Shown piece by piece: positions 63,730 to 64,000 of a stretch of DNA of 64,000 nt (position 1 is its first letter; every line of letters starts with the position of its first letter). The stretch comes from Ostrea edulis. Lineage: Eukaryota. The DNA is taken from contig NC_079167.1 in the NCBI RefSeq assembly GCF_947568905.1, positions 61,318,001 to 61,382,000 on the forward strand, given 5' to 3'. The notes under the pieces are model-generated. The model was not told where the DNA came from. It searched no databases and saw only the letters and a list, made by a program, of their open reading frames with translations. The translations under genes and the position numbers were made by a program.

Positions 63730-64000
63730 TTTCCGCAAAATATATAAATGTGCAATAACAGTTATAAATGTACAGGTAAAACAAGAGGATACTGCATTTT
63801 CATTCATTATAATATAACATGTTGTATGAACTATGAACAGCGGAGATGTCGTTGATATCTACTGTCAAAAAAAATTATAGCTGGCGTATAACTCCTCTTG
63901 ATTTTTCTTCCAGCACGATGTCTAGAGTTGGACGACTCTGTATTTCTAATTCATATCAAGTGACGTATGTGGCCTTCAAATTAATGAAGACAAATGCACT

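Overview
Eukaryotic, AT-rich, repeat-dense animal DNA, inferred to be an oyster (Ostreidae) from the repeat families and gene content. Three genes can be supported. (1) Glutaryl-CoA dehydrogenase (GCDH), minus strand, 10 coding exons, 424 aa, 2004-17342. (2) Viperin (RSAD2), plus strand, 7 coding exons, 341 aa, 21717-36265, head-to-head with GCDH. (3) An intronless 710-aa RING/B-box/coiled-coil/NHL TRIM gene, minus strand, 50609-52741. The rest is a mosaic of nested transposons: Penelope-like RT, a 5'-truncated LINE, a DIRS/tyrosine-recombinase relic, a gypsy-like relic, TIR elements with clear TSDs, Helitron-like non-autonomous elements and SINEs. The most unusual pattern is in GCDH. All three of its long minisatellites are built from its own exon-intron junctions, so splice acceptors or donors are multiplied 8 to 23 times, and an older diverged layer of one junction repeat survives nearby. 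No rRNA, true tRNA gene or CRISPR array was found. Exon models were read by eye from homology and GT-AG signals; no search or folding program was run.
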